Both the position numbers and the translations under genes were made by a program. From contig JAWMAR010000034.1 in NCBI GenBank assembly GCA_036785375.1, positions 10,602,001 through 10,666,000 on the forward strand: a DNA stretch of 64,000 nucleotides. The letters run 5' to 3'. This DNA is from Leucoraja ocellata. Its lineage: Eukaryota. Position 1 is the first letter of the stretch. The number at the start of each line of letters is the position of its first letter. Shown here one piece after another: positions 35,928 to 48,723 of this stretch. Below the pieces are notes generated by a model. It was given only the letters and a program-made list of their open reading frames with translations. It ran no database searches and was not told the DNA's origin.

Positions 35928-36258
35928 TTACATAGAACAGGATAGGAACAGGCCCTGGGCCCACAATGTCTGTCCCCAACAAGATGCCAAGACTAACCCG
36001 AATCTGCCTGCACACAATCCATATTCTTCCATTCCCTGCATATCCGTGTGTTTATCCAAAAGTGGCTCAAATGCCACTATTGTATCTGCTTCCACAACCA
36101 CCACCCCTGGCAGCACTTGCCACGCTCTGTGTTGTAAAACAAAAAACAACTTGTCCCGCTCATCTCCTTTAAATTTTGATCTCCCAACTTGAAGCTCTGC
36201 CCTCGAGTATTTGATATTTCCATCCTGGGAAAAAGATTCTGCCTACCATATCTATGCC
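35928..36258 (-). mobile_element. CR1 LINE 3' fragment
   Basis: CATAGAACAGGATAGGAACAGGCCCTGGGCCCACAATGTC...CATCCTGGGAAAAAGATTCT. Confidence 0.8.
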
Positions 36259-38385
36259 AACTACTATAGCTCTATAATTGGATTTTGGCGTTGAGCCCCC
36301 GTTCATCAAGAGTCAGCATTAATGCAAACATATATTAGGGGTTAAATCACCTGATTCGCAATTAAATGATTTGCCCTCCCTATCATAAATAATTTTTCAT
36401 TGGCTTGTTTAATGTCCATTGAATTGAAATGGATTGAACTACATTTGATACAGATTCATGACAACCTAGATGCTTGGCCTTGGAAAGAAAATGTATAGGT
36501 TATTAATTAATGATAATTGGCCTAGTTTATTACTGTTAACACTGGATCGGTGAGTGCCAGTGTACTTAATTTGGGAGTTGCCTTGTTAGATTATCATACT
36601 CTTTCTACAGTTGAGTTATTCACTAAGTTTTGCTTGAGAGCACAGTACTCCGTTCAGGGTTATTGAGCATTTTTCTGTGGAACGCTATAATGTGCTCAAT
36701 GTAAGAGTGATTGGTTGTGGACGTGCTGGGTTTCCCCCATATGGGTCGGTACAAATTTGAATTTGGCCTCTGGATATTTGTTCTCTGAAACATCTCCATT
36801 GAAAGAAAATACAAAATACAATGGCAAGTAAATCTGTTTTCACAAATTTTGACAAACACTTGCTTTGGTTGATACATACATAACTATATTGAGTCCATTT
36901 TTGGTTTCCATCCACCACAGGATAGGATGTAAGGTGAGAGCAAAAGCATATGGAAAAAGTTACCTTGGCTACTGGTGAAAGACATGCATGGTTATTCTTG
37001 AGGCATTATAATAATTCCAAGCCTTCCGTTCATATTACTGGATACAATGTAGTGCGCACCTTGAACCTGATTTCATAAAATGCTATTGCATCCTCGTAGC
37101 TCCTCGATTCTGATTCCTAACCTATTGATTCTCAGATTGAGGTATCCACACCTTTGCACCCTTGCGAGGAATCTCCTTTTAAGTGGGCGAAACTGCAATA
37201 GCAGATTAATAATGTCAGGGTGATCTATATTTGCGGGGTTAAGGCAAGGTTTGGAGAGACAAGTCTCATTGGTGGTTTTCAGAACATTTGGGAGGGTATG
37301 GACATGGATGGTATTGGAGAGAAATCGTTTAGATTGGAGAGTTGGAAGAACAAGAGACTACAGTTGCTGAACAAAAATAGACCACTGGTTTATTTGGTGG
37401 TAAAGCAGCATATGTGAAGGTAAAGGGAAAGCCAATGTTTCAGGGGTTAACCCTGCATCAGGGTTGAAATGTTGGCTATACCTTTACCTCCACAGATGCT
37501 GCGCGATCTACTGAGTTTCTCTGCCAGTTTGCTGATTGGGGAGTTTTTGGGGCAAATGATGATGTTTAGGTAGGTTTCCTCCATGATGGTTAACATTTAA
37601 ATGATTAACGTACAAAACATGATGGTAATGGTATACAGCTAACAAATTTGTAACAGTGCATAGTATAAAGAATCTTTGGCACCTTGTTCTACCCGAAGGC
37701 ACTAAAGTGATCGGCAGTAGAAGTGTGTTGTGCTTGAGGTAGCTCTCAATGGACTACCTGTTTGACATAGCCTCTCTCCCCAGTATGTATTCTGAAATGA
37801 TTCACAAATTTTCTAGCTGTTGAAATTTTTACTAAAAGGGTATACATGCAGTCTGTTTGGTTTGAAATTGGAGGTTTCCATTTTGTTTTACTCAGTTTTG
37901 AAACATAATTCCCTACACCAATTGCGTCAGTTCCATTCCACCAATGCTCCCCTGGATGAAACGGTATTTTGTAACACTTAGTCATGCAAATGATAAGCTT
38001 TCAATTCCTCATGGATGCTGATTGAGCTGATCTCAGCTGGGACAGCAACTGAACCTCTGCAGATGGTCTCAACTCCTCTCGACTAGGATAGGAAACATTA
38101 ATTGGTCGGGGGAGGGGTTTGAAATACCACATTCCAGTGACATTCCTTTTATTTATTGTACAGAAAGTAGTATGCATAGAGATCCGTTGTATTTGAACTT
38201 GCTTACAGAAATGTTATGCTTTGAAAATGTTGACCCCCCCCCCCCCCCCCCAAGTAAAGGCTTTCATTTAGAAATATTTTGATTTTTTTAAGTAGTGTTA
38301 CCTACACAGGCACTGCTGTTCTATTTGGCAACAGATACAGCCTTACACAAAACAATTGTATTGATTTCATGCTTCTTATTTTTAG

Positions 38386-38514
38386 GACAAAGTGATTCCT
38401 CCCAGTAAGTTTGAACCCAGTACTCTGAATCTACTCACCACGTTCACAAACGTCAGTTGTGGAAAACAGAAGCCGTTATTGGATGGAGTCCACAGGATCA
38501 GAGTGGATTTCAAG
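38386..38514 (+). CDS. KMT2A: KMT2A exon 9
   Basis: TTTTAG acceptor, AAG|GTAGAA donor; ends DGVHRIRVDFK; 129 nt. Confidence 0.95.
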
Positions 38515-39482
38515 GTAGAAACAAGAACTCTGAGGCTTCACATTTGCACACTTGACCACATTGGCTCTGGGAAATAGCGGCTGCAATACTCATTTACGTT
38601 ACCTTCCCGCCATTAACCATCATTTCCACAAGCATGCATTCAAAGTTCTAAACATTTAAACATGTTTATGTGACTGTGAATCCAAGGACAATAGTCTAAA
38701 ACACTAACATCTTGGAGAGCACTATTTCATAAGGGACACATCAACATATTCTCATTCCATGGGTGTATGGAGGTGTAATGAAGACTCGTTATTTTATTAT
38801 TTTCCCACTATACCTCCAAGTTGCTACTTTGTAGTATATTGCTTGGCTAACTTGTAGAACTGATTGTGTAACAAACTTATATGTATCCAGGCTATGCCAA
38901 CAACCCCATCAATCTTCAGGACAGTTTTGATCCACATTGAGCTTATTTCTGACTTTGAAGGGAATTGCAGGCACACTATTGGTGTGTGTCTTAAATTTTC
39001 ACAATAATACAAGGAATATTGCTGATAGTGTTTCTGGGATTATCATGTAAACCACTGTAATCTGAATTAAAGATTGAGGTAAATCCTATTAGCTCCAGTT
39101 AGTGCCAGAGTTTAACAAAACACCGCCTGTAATGAACTTGTATGTTCTGTGACGGTTATGATACTATTTACTCTATATCAATGTTCTCCATGTGGATGTA
39201 TGTTCATCCTGGCATTCATTGCTTCATTTTCATCATATTATATCTAGAATGTTGTGTGTTATTTATTGTAAATTGCATATAATGTTCTCCTTCTGAAGAA
39301 CTGAGTAAAGTTATTCCCAACTGTATGAAGCAATGTATTCAGAAACCAGTTGCATGAATGTTGACTTGAGTTAGATGTCCATGTACTTGATGCAATTATC
39401 TGCAGAACTCTAACTGAATTTGATCCAAAAAGAATAACTAGCTTGCTGTTTATTTTCTGATATAATTCTATTGACTTTTTAG

Positions 39483-39596
39483 GAGGACTGTGATGTGGAG
39501 AATGTGTGGGAATTGGGTGGACTTAGCATCCTGACCTCTGTACCCATCACTCCCAGGGTGGTGTGTTTCCTCTGCGCCAGCAGTGGACATGTGGAG
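39483..39596 (+). CDS. KMT2A: KMT2A exon 10 (start of PHD1)
   Basis: EDCDVENVWELGGLSILTSVPITPRVVCFLCASSGHVE; AG/GT bounded; 114 nt. Confidence 0.97.
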
Positions 39597-39914
39597 GTAT
39601 GGTTCCCTGCTAATGTTCATTTAATTCGAGGTCTGTTTGGATGTAATATCAAATATCACTGCATTGAGGGAAGCTAATTTCTGTTTTGGGCAACTTATCT
39701 CAATTCGGGTATGAGAGGAATCTCACTGCACCTACTTTAGTCTTTTGGTTTAAACAGCAAGCAGCATGAAGGCAAATTGGAATGTTGAATAGAATGTTTA
39801 AATTTATTGGGAGCATTAAAAATCTTAGAAGTGATAGCGTGAAATCTTCAAAGTTGGCAGTTTCTCTTAACGGGACACATATTCTCTGATCCTGTTTGCT
39901 GCTACAGTATAACA

Positions 39915-40010
39915 TTCAGATTCAGATTCAATCTTTATTGTCATTGTGCAGTGTACAGTACAGAGACAACGAAATGCAGTTAGCATCTCACCCAGAAGAG
40001 CGAACATAGA
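39915..40010 (-). mobile_element. Rex1-type 3' tail with (TGAATC)n end
   Basis: TTCAGATTCAGATTCAATCTTTATTGTCATTGTGCAGTG; near-identical inverted copy at 43455-43543. Confidence 0.75.
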
Positions 40011-40689
40011 TATATGTACAAACAGTAGCAACATTTGAACTGCTATTCGCATTGGAGAGGAAAGGTCTGACTTAATTTTATCTGTTAATCTCAGTGAACT
40101 TTATAATAGTTTGTACACCAGAATATCTAACTAAGATGTGGATCTTGTAATAATGTTGAATAAGACTTTCTGCTTAATTCATGCTATTGCAGTGGTGATG
40201 TGTTTACTTCAGATCCAGGATATGCTCTGCAAATTCTCTTGCATGGATTTGGATTCAGAACCTAAGCAGACTCACCAACTGCAATCCTGTGGGAATACTA
40301 TACTGTCAGGAGTCACTGCGTTATGCACGAGATGTGGACATGGTGTTCTGTTTATACATAGGTGGATTTATAGGATGCCAAAGCACTGTTTTGAGGAAGA
40401 TCTACAGTGTAATTCCCCAGTCAATATTTATCTCTCTGTCATCATCACTAAAATAGATTATATGTTTATCTATAGGAGATATGTTTGTTATCTCCTTATT
40501 AATTGAGACAACTTTTGTTGTGTGTGAATTGGGCCTTGTTCCTTACAATGCACCAATGAACACCATAACAGGTTTTTATTAGCAATAAAATGCTTTAGCA
40601 CTTTGTGCAAGTGCTGTATCTGTGCAGATACTTATTTTGTTTCATGTGTGCTGTTTGCTCATTTGTTCTCCGTTTCAATTGTTTTGCAG

Positions 40690-40836
40690 TTTATTTACTG
40701 TCAGGTTTGCTGTGAGCCCTTCCACCTCTTCTGCCTGGAGGAGAGTGAGCGCCCTCTGGAGGAGCAGTGGGAAAACTGGTGTTGCCGGCGCTGCAAGTTC
40801 TGCCATGTCTGTTGCCGACAGAATAAATCTTCAAAG
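40690..40836 (+). CDS. KMT2A: KMT2A exon 11 (PHD1/PHD2)
   Basis: FIYCQVCCEPFHLFCLEESERPLEEQWENWCCRRCKFCHVCCRQNKSSK; AG/GT bounded; 147 nt. Confidence 0.97.
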
Positions 40837-41047
40837 GTAACGGTATCAGATAATGAGCTACCCTTTGAATATTTCCGATGAGTCATTGCAGTAACACTAG
40901 TGCAACATTTGTGCGGGCGTAATCCGGAATTTAGGATTGCCTACAAGATTAATTTTGAGTCGTGCATTCCTAGAAAGATTGTCATTGTCTGCTCTGGTGG
41001 TACCAGACTTTTATTCCTTTCCTATCCCCTCCATCTTGAACATTATA

Positions 41048-41328
41048 GAGACCTGGAGGAAGAAACTGCAGATGCTGGTTTACACTGAAGATAGACATAA
41101 AATGTTGGAGTAACTCAGTGGGACAGGCAGCATCTCTGGAGAGAAGGAATGGGTGATGTTTAGGGTCGAGACCCTTCTTCAGACTGAAAGTCACAGTAAA
41201 GGGAAACGAGAGTCCCTTTCCCGTGACTATCGGTCTGAAGAAGGGTCTCGACCCGAAACGTCACCCTTTCCTTCTTTCTAGAGATGCTCCCTGTCCCACT
41301 GAGTTAGTCTAGCATTTTGTATCTATCT
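41048..41328. mobile_element. Inverted pair of Penelope-like pLTR repeats (long hairpin)
   Basis: Arms at about 41091-41207 and 41215-41328 are reverse-complementary; ACATTATA direct repeat at 41040-41047 and 41329-41336. Confidence 0.85.
41232..41265 (+). ncRNA. Minimal type I hammerhead ribozyme motif in Penelope-like repeat
   Basis: GGU CUGAAGA A GGGU-CUCG-ACCC GAAA CGUC ACC; core intact. Confidence 0.68.
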
Positions 41329-42160
41329 ACATTATAATACTACAGAAATTTGGAATGTGGATCTTGAAGTGGATGTTACAGTTTTATTTAAAAAAACATA
41401 GTGAGAATAAATCAACTCTAACTCAAACTCAGACTTATTAGGATATTCTGCCTTCTCAAACATGCCAACAACAAGAAAAATCATCAGTTTCTTTCAGTAT
41501 CAGTTATTTCTGTCAAAGAACATATTATAAAAAGGTACGTATATTCTCCCATTTTAAGTTAAGCTGTTATCTTCACCCTTCTACATGTTCCTGTTTGTGA
41601 ACATTAGCTCTGGTAAATGACCTGTCTTCATTCCATGCTGTTGCTACTGAGGGACAAGGCCAAGAGATACCAAAGACTGAGGCTCAGCTGAAATCAGGAG
41701 ATATTGTGTGTAATCGGACAGATGACTCACCTGTTACATGAACTGTCATAACATCTGTTTGAAGAGAATGTGTCTTATCTTGATTGACCATTGCATGAAT
41801 GCACTATCTATTTAGTATCAATATGTTATTCAGATAAAGATCACCCATTTAAATTTCCTTTAGATTATTTTTTTGCTTGGCTAGTTTTTGCAAGAGCTCT
41901 GGTGCTTCCCCATACAATAGTCAGTTTGGAATTTACATTTCAAACCTCAGCTTGTCTTTGTTTTTACAAGCTGATGAACTGTAACCAGCAGTTGTTTTAA
42001 TTATTTCTCACTGTGTTAATGAGGATGGAGGTAGGTTGCAAGTGGAACTGAATAATGCTGAATTTTCCCAAGGGAGAGAGGGGTTCTGAATAATTTGTTT
42101 CTTGTGCTGAATCATGTGAAAAGTAAAACATCAATTCTTAAAACATTTATTTTAACACAG

Positions 42161-42256
42161 CAGCTTCTTGAGTGTGGCAAGTGCAGAAACAGCTATCATC
42201 CAGAGTGCCTGGGACCCAACTACCCAACAAAACCAACTAAGAAAAAGAAAGTCTGG
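42161..42256 (+). CDS. KMT2A: KMT2A exon 12 (PHD2)
   Basis: QLLECGKCRNSYHPECLGPNYPTKPTKKKKVW; CAGCAG acceptor, TGG|GTAAAT donor; 96 nt. Confidence 0.96.
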
Positions 42257-42926
42257 GTAAATTTTGTTAATTCGCGCAAAGTTGTGACTGTTGAACCATT
42301 TAATTTCTTCATTATGTGGGCATATCTATGACCTGCCTCTATTTTAATGTAGAATTCACACTGATCAAACTAACAATGCAATTCATTATTAATATGGTTA
42401 TTCATTATGGAACACATAATACAGGATCAGCCCAAGCTCTCTGAGAGCAACATTTAATGGATGTGTGCTTAATACTTCAATTCAGGATTGAATTGACTCT
42501 TCCTCCTCAAACATCTGCAGATACCCTTCTGCCCCATCTCCACCACCCTCTGCTCATCACCTTCCCCGACCCCCTCTGGGTTCCCTTGATCTCCCAACTG
42601 AACACAGGAAAATTAATAACCTCTCCAGCGGGTTTAAATTGGTATATTCATGTGCTCAGGATTTGTTAAAAATAAAAAAAAGTCCAGAAATTTGAACTGA
42701 AAGCACAAAAATGTTGTAAATACACAGCAATCTCTTCAGAATGTGAAAGATGAAGGCCAACATTTCAGTTTGGATTCTTTATCAGAACAAATTGTTTATC
42801 CTTTAGATGTCACTATTTTCCTGTCCGCTTCTATCTCTTTCTGTTGGTGATCTTTTTCTCTTCTTATTTTCTGTTTTAATTTGACATCACCTTAATGTCT
42901 TCTAATAAAGATCTCCTCCGCTGTAG

Positions 42927-43047
42927 ATATGCACCAAATGTGTACGCTGTAAAAGTTGTGGAGCGACAACACCAGGGAAAGGCTGGGAAGCACAGTGGTC
43001 ACATGATTTTTCTTTATGTCACGAATGTGCAAAACTCTTTGATAAAG
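42927..43047 (+). CDS. KMT2A: KMT2A exon 13
   Basis: ICTKCVRCKSCGATTPGKGWEAQWSHDFSLCHECAKLFDK; AG/GT bounded; 121 nt. Confidence 0.97.
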
Positions 43048-43294
43048 GTAGGTGTGTGTATTTTGGGCATCAAACTGTCATTCCTGGACACCAGTTGTAA
43101 TGCAGCAATTTAATTAATGTCATTTTCAAGCAAAGAAATACAGATTTCTAGTAAATCTTTGCCCACAACAAGTTAGATGATGAGAATCATGGTTGTCATT
43201 TGTTAAAAGAAAATAGAATATTTGATTCTCATGTGAAAGGGACTTTACAATTATGGAAAAAAACATGATGTTTGGCAGAAGACATGAGTGTAAA

Positions 43295-43615
43295 AACAAG
43301 AAACTGGGGGTGCTGATTTACTGAAAAAGACACAAAGTGCTGGAGTAACTGCAGAACATGGGTAGATGACATTTCAGGCTGGGACATTCCCAACCTGAAA
43401 CGTCACTTGCACTACTACTACTGTATGTACGTATATATATTTATTGCTCATTATTCTATGTTTGCTCTTCTGAGTGAGATGCTAACTGCATTTCATTGTC
43501 TCTGTACTGTACACTGCACAATGACAATAAAGATTGAATCTGACCTATCCTTATTCTCCAGAGAATCCTCCTTAAGAGACCTGCAGGGTTACTCCAGCAT
43601 TTTGTGTCTTTTACA
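43295..43615. mobile_element. Inverted pLTR pair with a Rex1-type tail (+, about 43408-43543) inserted
   Basis: ACACAAAGTGCTGGAGTAACT...CCTGAAACGTCAC [insert ending AATAAAGATTGAATCTGA] CCTATCC...TTACTCCAGCATTTTGTGTC. Confidence 0.7.
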
Positions 43616-44730
43616 GCTGTAGTTTTTTATTTTTTAAAGAAAACCTATTAGTAAATATTTGCTGGGGTTGTGGGAGGGGTCTTGTACATCACAAAATTAC
43701 TTTAGCTGTCAATATATGTTTGTGTGTTCTACAAACTTGCATGTTATAGATGTAAAACAATATTATTAACAGCCAAACAGAGAAAGAAGAATGCTGAAGT
43801 TGTCGTGCAAACTAAACAACAATCCCTGGATGATCTATAATTTCAAATCTCTTCACATGGCTTTGGTTTAACTTTCAAGTTTCTACCTAGTAAAAGACCA
43901 GCTTGTCTGGAGGAACTTCCACGAACAGCATCAGTAACTTGTACAGCTTTGACACTTGAACTCTTTCTTGATTTTGAGTCATTTTCCGGGTTAGGTTTAG
44001 GGGGCTCTGATTGTCCTTCTGACCCTTGCACTCCTCACAAGGAGCCGGAAAGATGCCAGGCCATTTCATAGCAGGATAATCCTGATTCTGATGTGGACCA
44101 TGCATAAACGATAAGGTGATGGGAAATGCAATGAGATGAGAGCTAACTTGGGAGACTGAGATCTGGTTTGATTGGTGGCGACAGCTGCTTAATGCCTATA
44201 TCAAATTTGGGATGCATTTGTTGACCCTTTAAAAATTGAAATCAATTTGTCACTACTGTCGTATTCACTGATTAAATTGTGTGATTACCACGTCACTGTT
44301 GAGAGACAACATTCATCAGTTGGTATGCTCTGCTCGAATCAGCTGAAACCCAAGAAAAGATAAAATCGGTTTAACCATATTCATGAGTCCCTTTGTTTTC
44401 TGGCAGCAGAATAAGTACATTTCTGATTTAATTAAATCCAATTGGGCGAATTTTGGTCTGTGATTCTCTTCTATTTGTTCATGAATCCATTTAAAAAGCT
44501 ATTTTTGTTTTACTCAGTGCATTGTTGGTTGGTGGTGTAACCTAGCAGCTGCATGATTAGCCTCCATTATGTATGCTTTATGTTATTATGTTTCCAAATG
44601 TATTGAGCAATAGAATGCAAACACATTTTCATAAAATTATGACCAGGCGCGTGTCCAGCAGTGTTGTGCGTTGTCAAGAGTACTGGAAGGATACATGGTA
44701 TATTGATGGTCATTTCCTGTTTATTTTTAG

Positions 44731-44844
44731 GAAACTTTTGTCCACTGTGTGACAAGTGCTATGATGATGATGATTATGAAAGCAAGATGATGCAGTGTGG
44801 AAAGTGTGATCGTTGGGTTCATGCTAAGTGTGAAAGCTTGTCAG
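44731..44844 (+). CDS. KMT2A: KMT2A exon 14 (PHD3)
   Basis: GNFCPLCDKCYDDDDYESKMMQCGKCDRWVHAKCESLS; TCAG|GTATTT donor; 114 nt. Confidence 0.97.
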
Positions 44845-45190
44845 GTATTTGGAAGAGCAGACTTTGTATTCTGGATGAAAACTGACAGCCCATTTAAAAA
44901 GATACAATTGCTGGTTGATGTGTTTTTGCTTTGTTTAGATTTAATTTGTTTTGAGCTCTCAGTGCGAAGTATAAATGCAGAATGCTTTCTATCACAGTAG
45001 CTTATCAAGTTCACGTTTAGTTTTTCATGTAACTATTTCTGGCCAAATGTTTTTGGAATCCCTAATTATTTTTTCTAGCCTTAATGCGACACTACTGTTG
45101 CTTGTACTTTCCTCCCATTTCCACGACCCCCCCCCCCCCCCCCGATTTTCTTCCACAACCGAACAAGTATTTGTGCCCCAATAATATGGC

Positions 45191-45392
45191 GCAAAGTGCT
45201 AGAGTAATTCAGCAGGATAGACAGCATCTCTGGAGAGCATGGACAGGTGATGTTTTGGGTCGGGGTCCTCCTTCAGACTCTTCACCTGAAAGGTTACCTG
45301 TTCATGTTCTCCAGAGATGCTGCCCAACCCACTGAGTATTCCAGCACTTTGTGTCCTTTTGTGTAAACCAACATCTGTAGTTTCTTGTTTCT
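45191..45392. mobile_element. Inverted pair of Penelope-like pLTR repeats
   Basis: CAAAGTGCTAGAGTAATTCAGC...CAGCATCTCTGGAG versus CTCCAGAGATGCTG...TATTCCAGCACTTTG. Confidence 0.75.
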
Positions 45393-45963
45393 GTCCCAAT
45401 AATTTGGATAGTTAATTAAAATCATTCGTATAGGAACAGAGAGAATCGTGCATCATTAAGTTAAGCTTCAGTTACTCATTGTTAAGCTGCCCATCCATGT
45501 AAGAAATTGCCTACCGTAAGAAGATGCATACTGTATAATTGGCAGATGGCACTTTGTTTAGTTACACATTTGGAGAGATGATAGTGATCAGCTTTGAACT
45601 TGTTTCAAATGTAATCTATTTTATCCAGCTTGCTCTCTTCTGTAGGAGGGCTCTACTTTTCCACTTCCTCTCCTGCCCACGAACACTGAATCTAAAACAA
45701 AACCAATTTGAAGGAGTGGCATTAGTTTGATTGTCTAGCTGATTCCACATTTATGATTGGCAGGAATTTGCTCAATTCAGATGTTTTGTTTAGTGCAACA
45801 TGTATCTTCATTAGTGCTTTGCACCCTTTACTCTGCACAGTTTTCTCCATTCATAAATATTCTTCATATTGATGATAAAATTACACAGAATCTGTTCTAT
45901 TAAAATCAGAAAAATGTCTTGCTATGCATGACAATTTTTACCATTGATTTTATCTTCACCCAG

Positions 45964-46148
45964 ATGAGATGTATGAAATCTTGTCAAATCTTCCAGAAAG
46001 TGTGGCATACACATGCATAAATTGCACGGAGCAACACCCTGCAGAATGGAGGCTGGCATTAGGCAAGGAGCTGCAAATCTCTTTAAAGCAAGTCTTGACT
46101 GCATTGCTAAACTCTAGAACAACCAGTCACTTGTTGCGATATAGGCAG
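45964..46148 (+). CDS. KMT2A: KMT2A exon 15 (PHD3 end / bromodomain start)
   Basis: DEMYEILSNLPESVAYTCINCTEQHPAEWRLAL...HLLRYRQ; CAG|GTAAGT donor; 185 nt. Confidence 0.97.
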
Positions 46149-47857
46149 GTAAGTCTAAGCTGCTCATTCATCACTATGTCAAAGAAATCATTAACAAAAG
46201 CATATTAATAATTTCACCTGTGGTTTTCATGCATTGATTGCTGTTATCGATTCATGTTATTAAGCATGGTTTTTACGTAATCAGAAATGAATCAAACCGA
46301 TAACTCTGGAAGAAGGATTTTAGCCTTGAAGTATGAGTTTTGGCTTGATTTGATGAATGCTGTTTCCATTTTCCATTCTTTTCCTTGGTAGGGAGAGAAT
46401 GCAAGTGAAACAATGGTCTTTCTGGGTCTGTTTTGATGCCCATCTTTTAAAGCGCGAGATAGCCTGAGGATTTGCTTAGGACAGGACCATACATCTAGGT
46501 TGTGCTGGTCCAGGCATTACCATGTTGATGAAATTAAATCCTCGAGTTTGTCTGATTAAATGGATAAAAATAATGATTTGGCATAATTTGAAGAGTTGGT
46601 TAGTATTTGTGGGGAGGGGAGCAGTGGTTCTGATGCCATACTGCCCTGGCCAGCATTCTGTAATTAATTGCTCAAAGTTCATAGATATTTGTGAGACTTA
46701 TTTATAACCTGGCTGCTATATTTAACTCCACGACAACAGTCATGCACTTCAAGGAACAAACTTGTTAAATATGGATGCCCATTGATTCCCTGAGGGCAAG
46801 GAAATGAATTGTTTTATTGCTCTTTTGTGTATTCCTGGGAGAAATTACTTTCATTCCAATGGCTTCCTGATGGAGATCAGGAATTTTCAATATTGTATTA
46901 TGTACACAGTGTCAAAACACTCCATCACTGAACACTTTCAAATTTATGAAAATGCTGCATGCTGAAGAGAACATCTAGTAGTATTAACTATGATAGGAAC
47001 TGTACAATTGAAGGCAAAGAAATTCATTGCCCACAAAGGTACAGCATTAGGAAGCAAAGGAAAACCATGTTTGGTTGTGGACTCATCACTAAGAAATCAT
47101 TGGTGTCTAAGGTGGTGGATGCTGCTGAATTGGCCTTGCTCTATGCACAAAGAGCACCAAATTAGATGAGTAAATTGGGGAAGGGGCCAATTTGTGGGGT
47201 TCATGAAGGTTAACGGCCAATGGTTTGGTAAGATTATTGATTGGACTGTGGTGTGAGGGTGGGTTGAATGCTGGTGAACCTTGAGTTAGGTGTCTCTGAT
47301 TATGCTGGTAAATCAAGAGGCTGTAGTTAGGGGAGGGGTGTGGGGCAGGTTTGGTTATCAGGGCCTGGGGGTATGACATTGTGTGTTTACCAAAAGGAAT
47401 TAATTAATTATGATTCATGACATAACTCCAAAGTCATATTTCCTGAGTAGCATAAATCAACCAGAAACATTCACAATTGCATTCCTCTCTGGGGAAATAT
47501 CAATTCTTACACATCCGTCTCAGAAAAGAAAACAGCCCTGCCTGATTGAACTTTAAGGCCTTGTTGTTTGTTGTAAGAGACTAATTTCATTTAAATTTGT
47601 ATCTTGAAATTCAATGAATTTCTTTTTTAAAAAGCTAAGCTGCTGGTTGCGATATATAATTTGCAGAAATTGCACAAAAGATGTGCTCTCCATAACAATA
47701 TATGTGAATGAGAATCTCAGGAGGAGCATTGTAAAATAAACACATATTTGAGATTGTCCTGTCTTTGTTTACATGTTCTGTTATTCGGATATCTACATTT
47801 GATTTGGATTATAAAATAGTGAGGAACTTTTTTTCTTTGTCAAGCAGACCACAGTTC

Positions 47858-48071
47858 TGGCTCGGATTTGTTCTGTTCATACCTTTCATTCATTTGTTCT
47901 TTGCACCTTTACATACCTCTAGTTTCCCTCTCCCCTGACTCTCAGTCTGAAGAAGGGACTCAACCTAAAATGTCACCTACTGCTTTTCTCCAGAGATGCT
48001 GCCTGACATGCTGAGTTATTCCAGCATTTGTGTTTATCTTTGATGTAAACCAGCATCTGCAGATCCTTCCT
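47858..48071 (+). mobile_element. Penelope-like pLTR repeat (longer copy, degenerate hammerhead)
   Basis: CTCTCAGTCTGAAGAAGGGACTCAACCTAAAATGTCACC...CCAGAGATGCTGCCTGAC...AAACCAGCATCTGCAG. Confidence 0.75.
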
Positions 48072-48179
48072 CCAGAGTTGATAATGCGATTTGAAGTTTT
48101 CACAACATAGAAATTGAGATGGTCTGTAAGTGATGTGAAAGATTTTCCAGCTGAATTCCATTTGCTGTCTTTCTACCAG

Positions 48180-48350
48180 GCTGCTAAACCACCTGATTTA
48201 AATCCAGAGACAGAAGAAGCTGTCTCTGTTAGAAGTTCACCTGAAGGTCCTGATCCTCCCGTTCTTACGGAAGTAAATCAGCAGGATGAGCAACCTCTTG
48301 ATCTGGAAGGTGTGAAGAGGAAGATGGAACAGGAGAGATATAATTCGGTG
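48180..48350 (+). CDS. KMT2A: KMT2A exon 16 (bromodomain)
   Basis: AAKPPDLNPETEE...PLDLEGVKRKMEQERYNSV; GTG|GTAAGT donor; 171 nt. Confidence 0.96.
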
Positions 48351-48612
48351 GTAAGTTTGTCATTAAATTACTTGCCTCGAATTAATAGAGATGCACTTTG
48401 ATTAATTTGTCTGCATTGGGCCCATATCGCCTCTAAACCTTTCCTTTCCACCCTTATCTATCTAGGCCGGTCCTATCCCTAAGAAAAATGTAAGACTATT
48501 CCATGTACTGCATCTTATGTTCTCCATGAAATGAGTCGAGATCCTCTCACTAAAGTATACTATCTGTTGCCAAACACTTTAGTGGCTGATTATCTCCCTA
48601 TTCTGTGTTCAG

Positions 48613-48723
48613 CTCGAGTTCAGCGATGACATTGTGAAGATCATCCAAACAGCGATGAACTGCGATGGTGGGCAGCCTGAAAACAAAAAAGCCAATAGCA
48701 TGGTCAAGGCTTTCTTTATACGG
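48613..48723 (+). CDS. KMT2A: KMT2A exon 17 (bromodomain)
   Basis: LEFSDDIVKIIQTAMNCDGGQPENKKANSMVKAFFIR; AG/GT bounded; 111 nt (not in ORF track). Confidence 0.96.

Noticed and set aside
43843-44105. Protein-like minus-strand ORFs in intron 13
   Set aside because: Short, with an in-frame stop just upstream of the GTG start of 43843-44031, no recognised homology and no clear splice signals.
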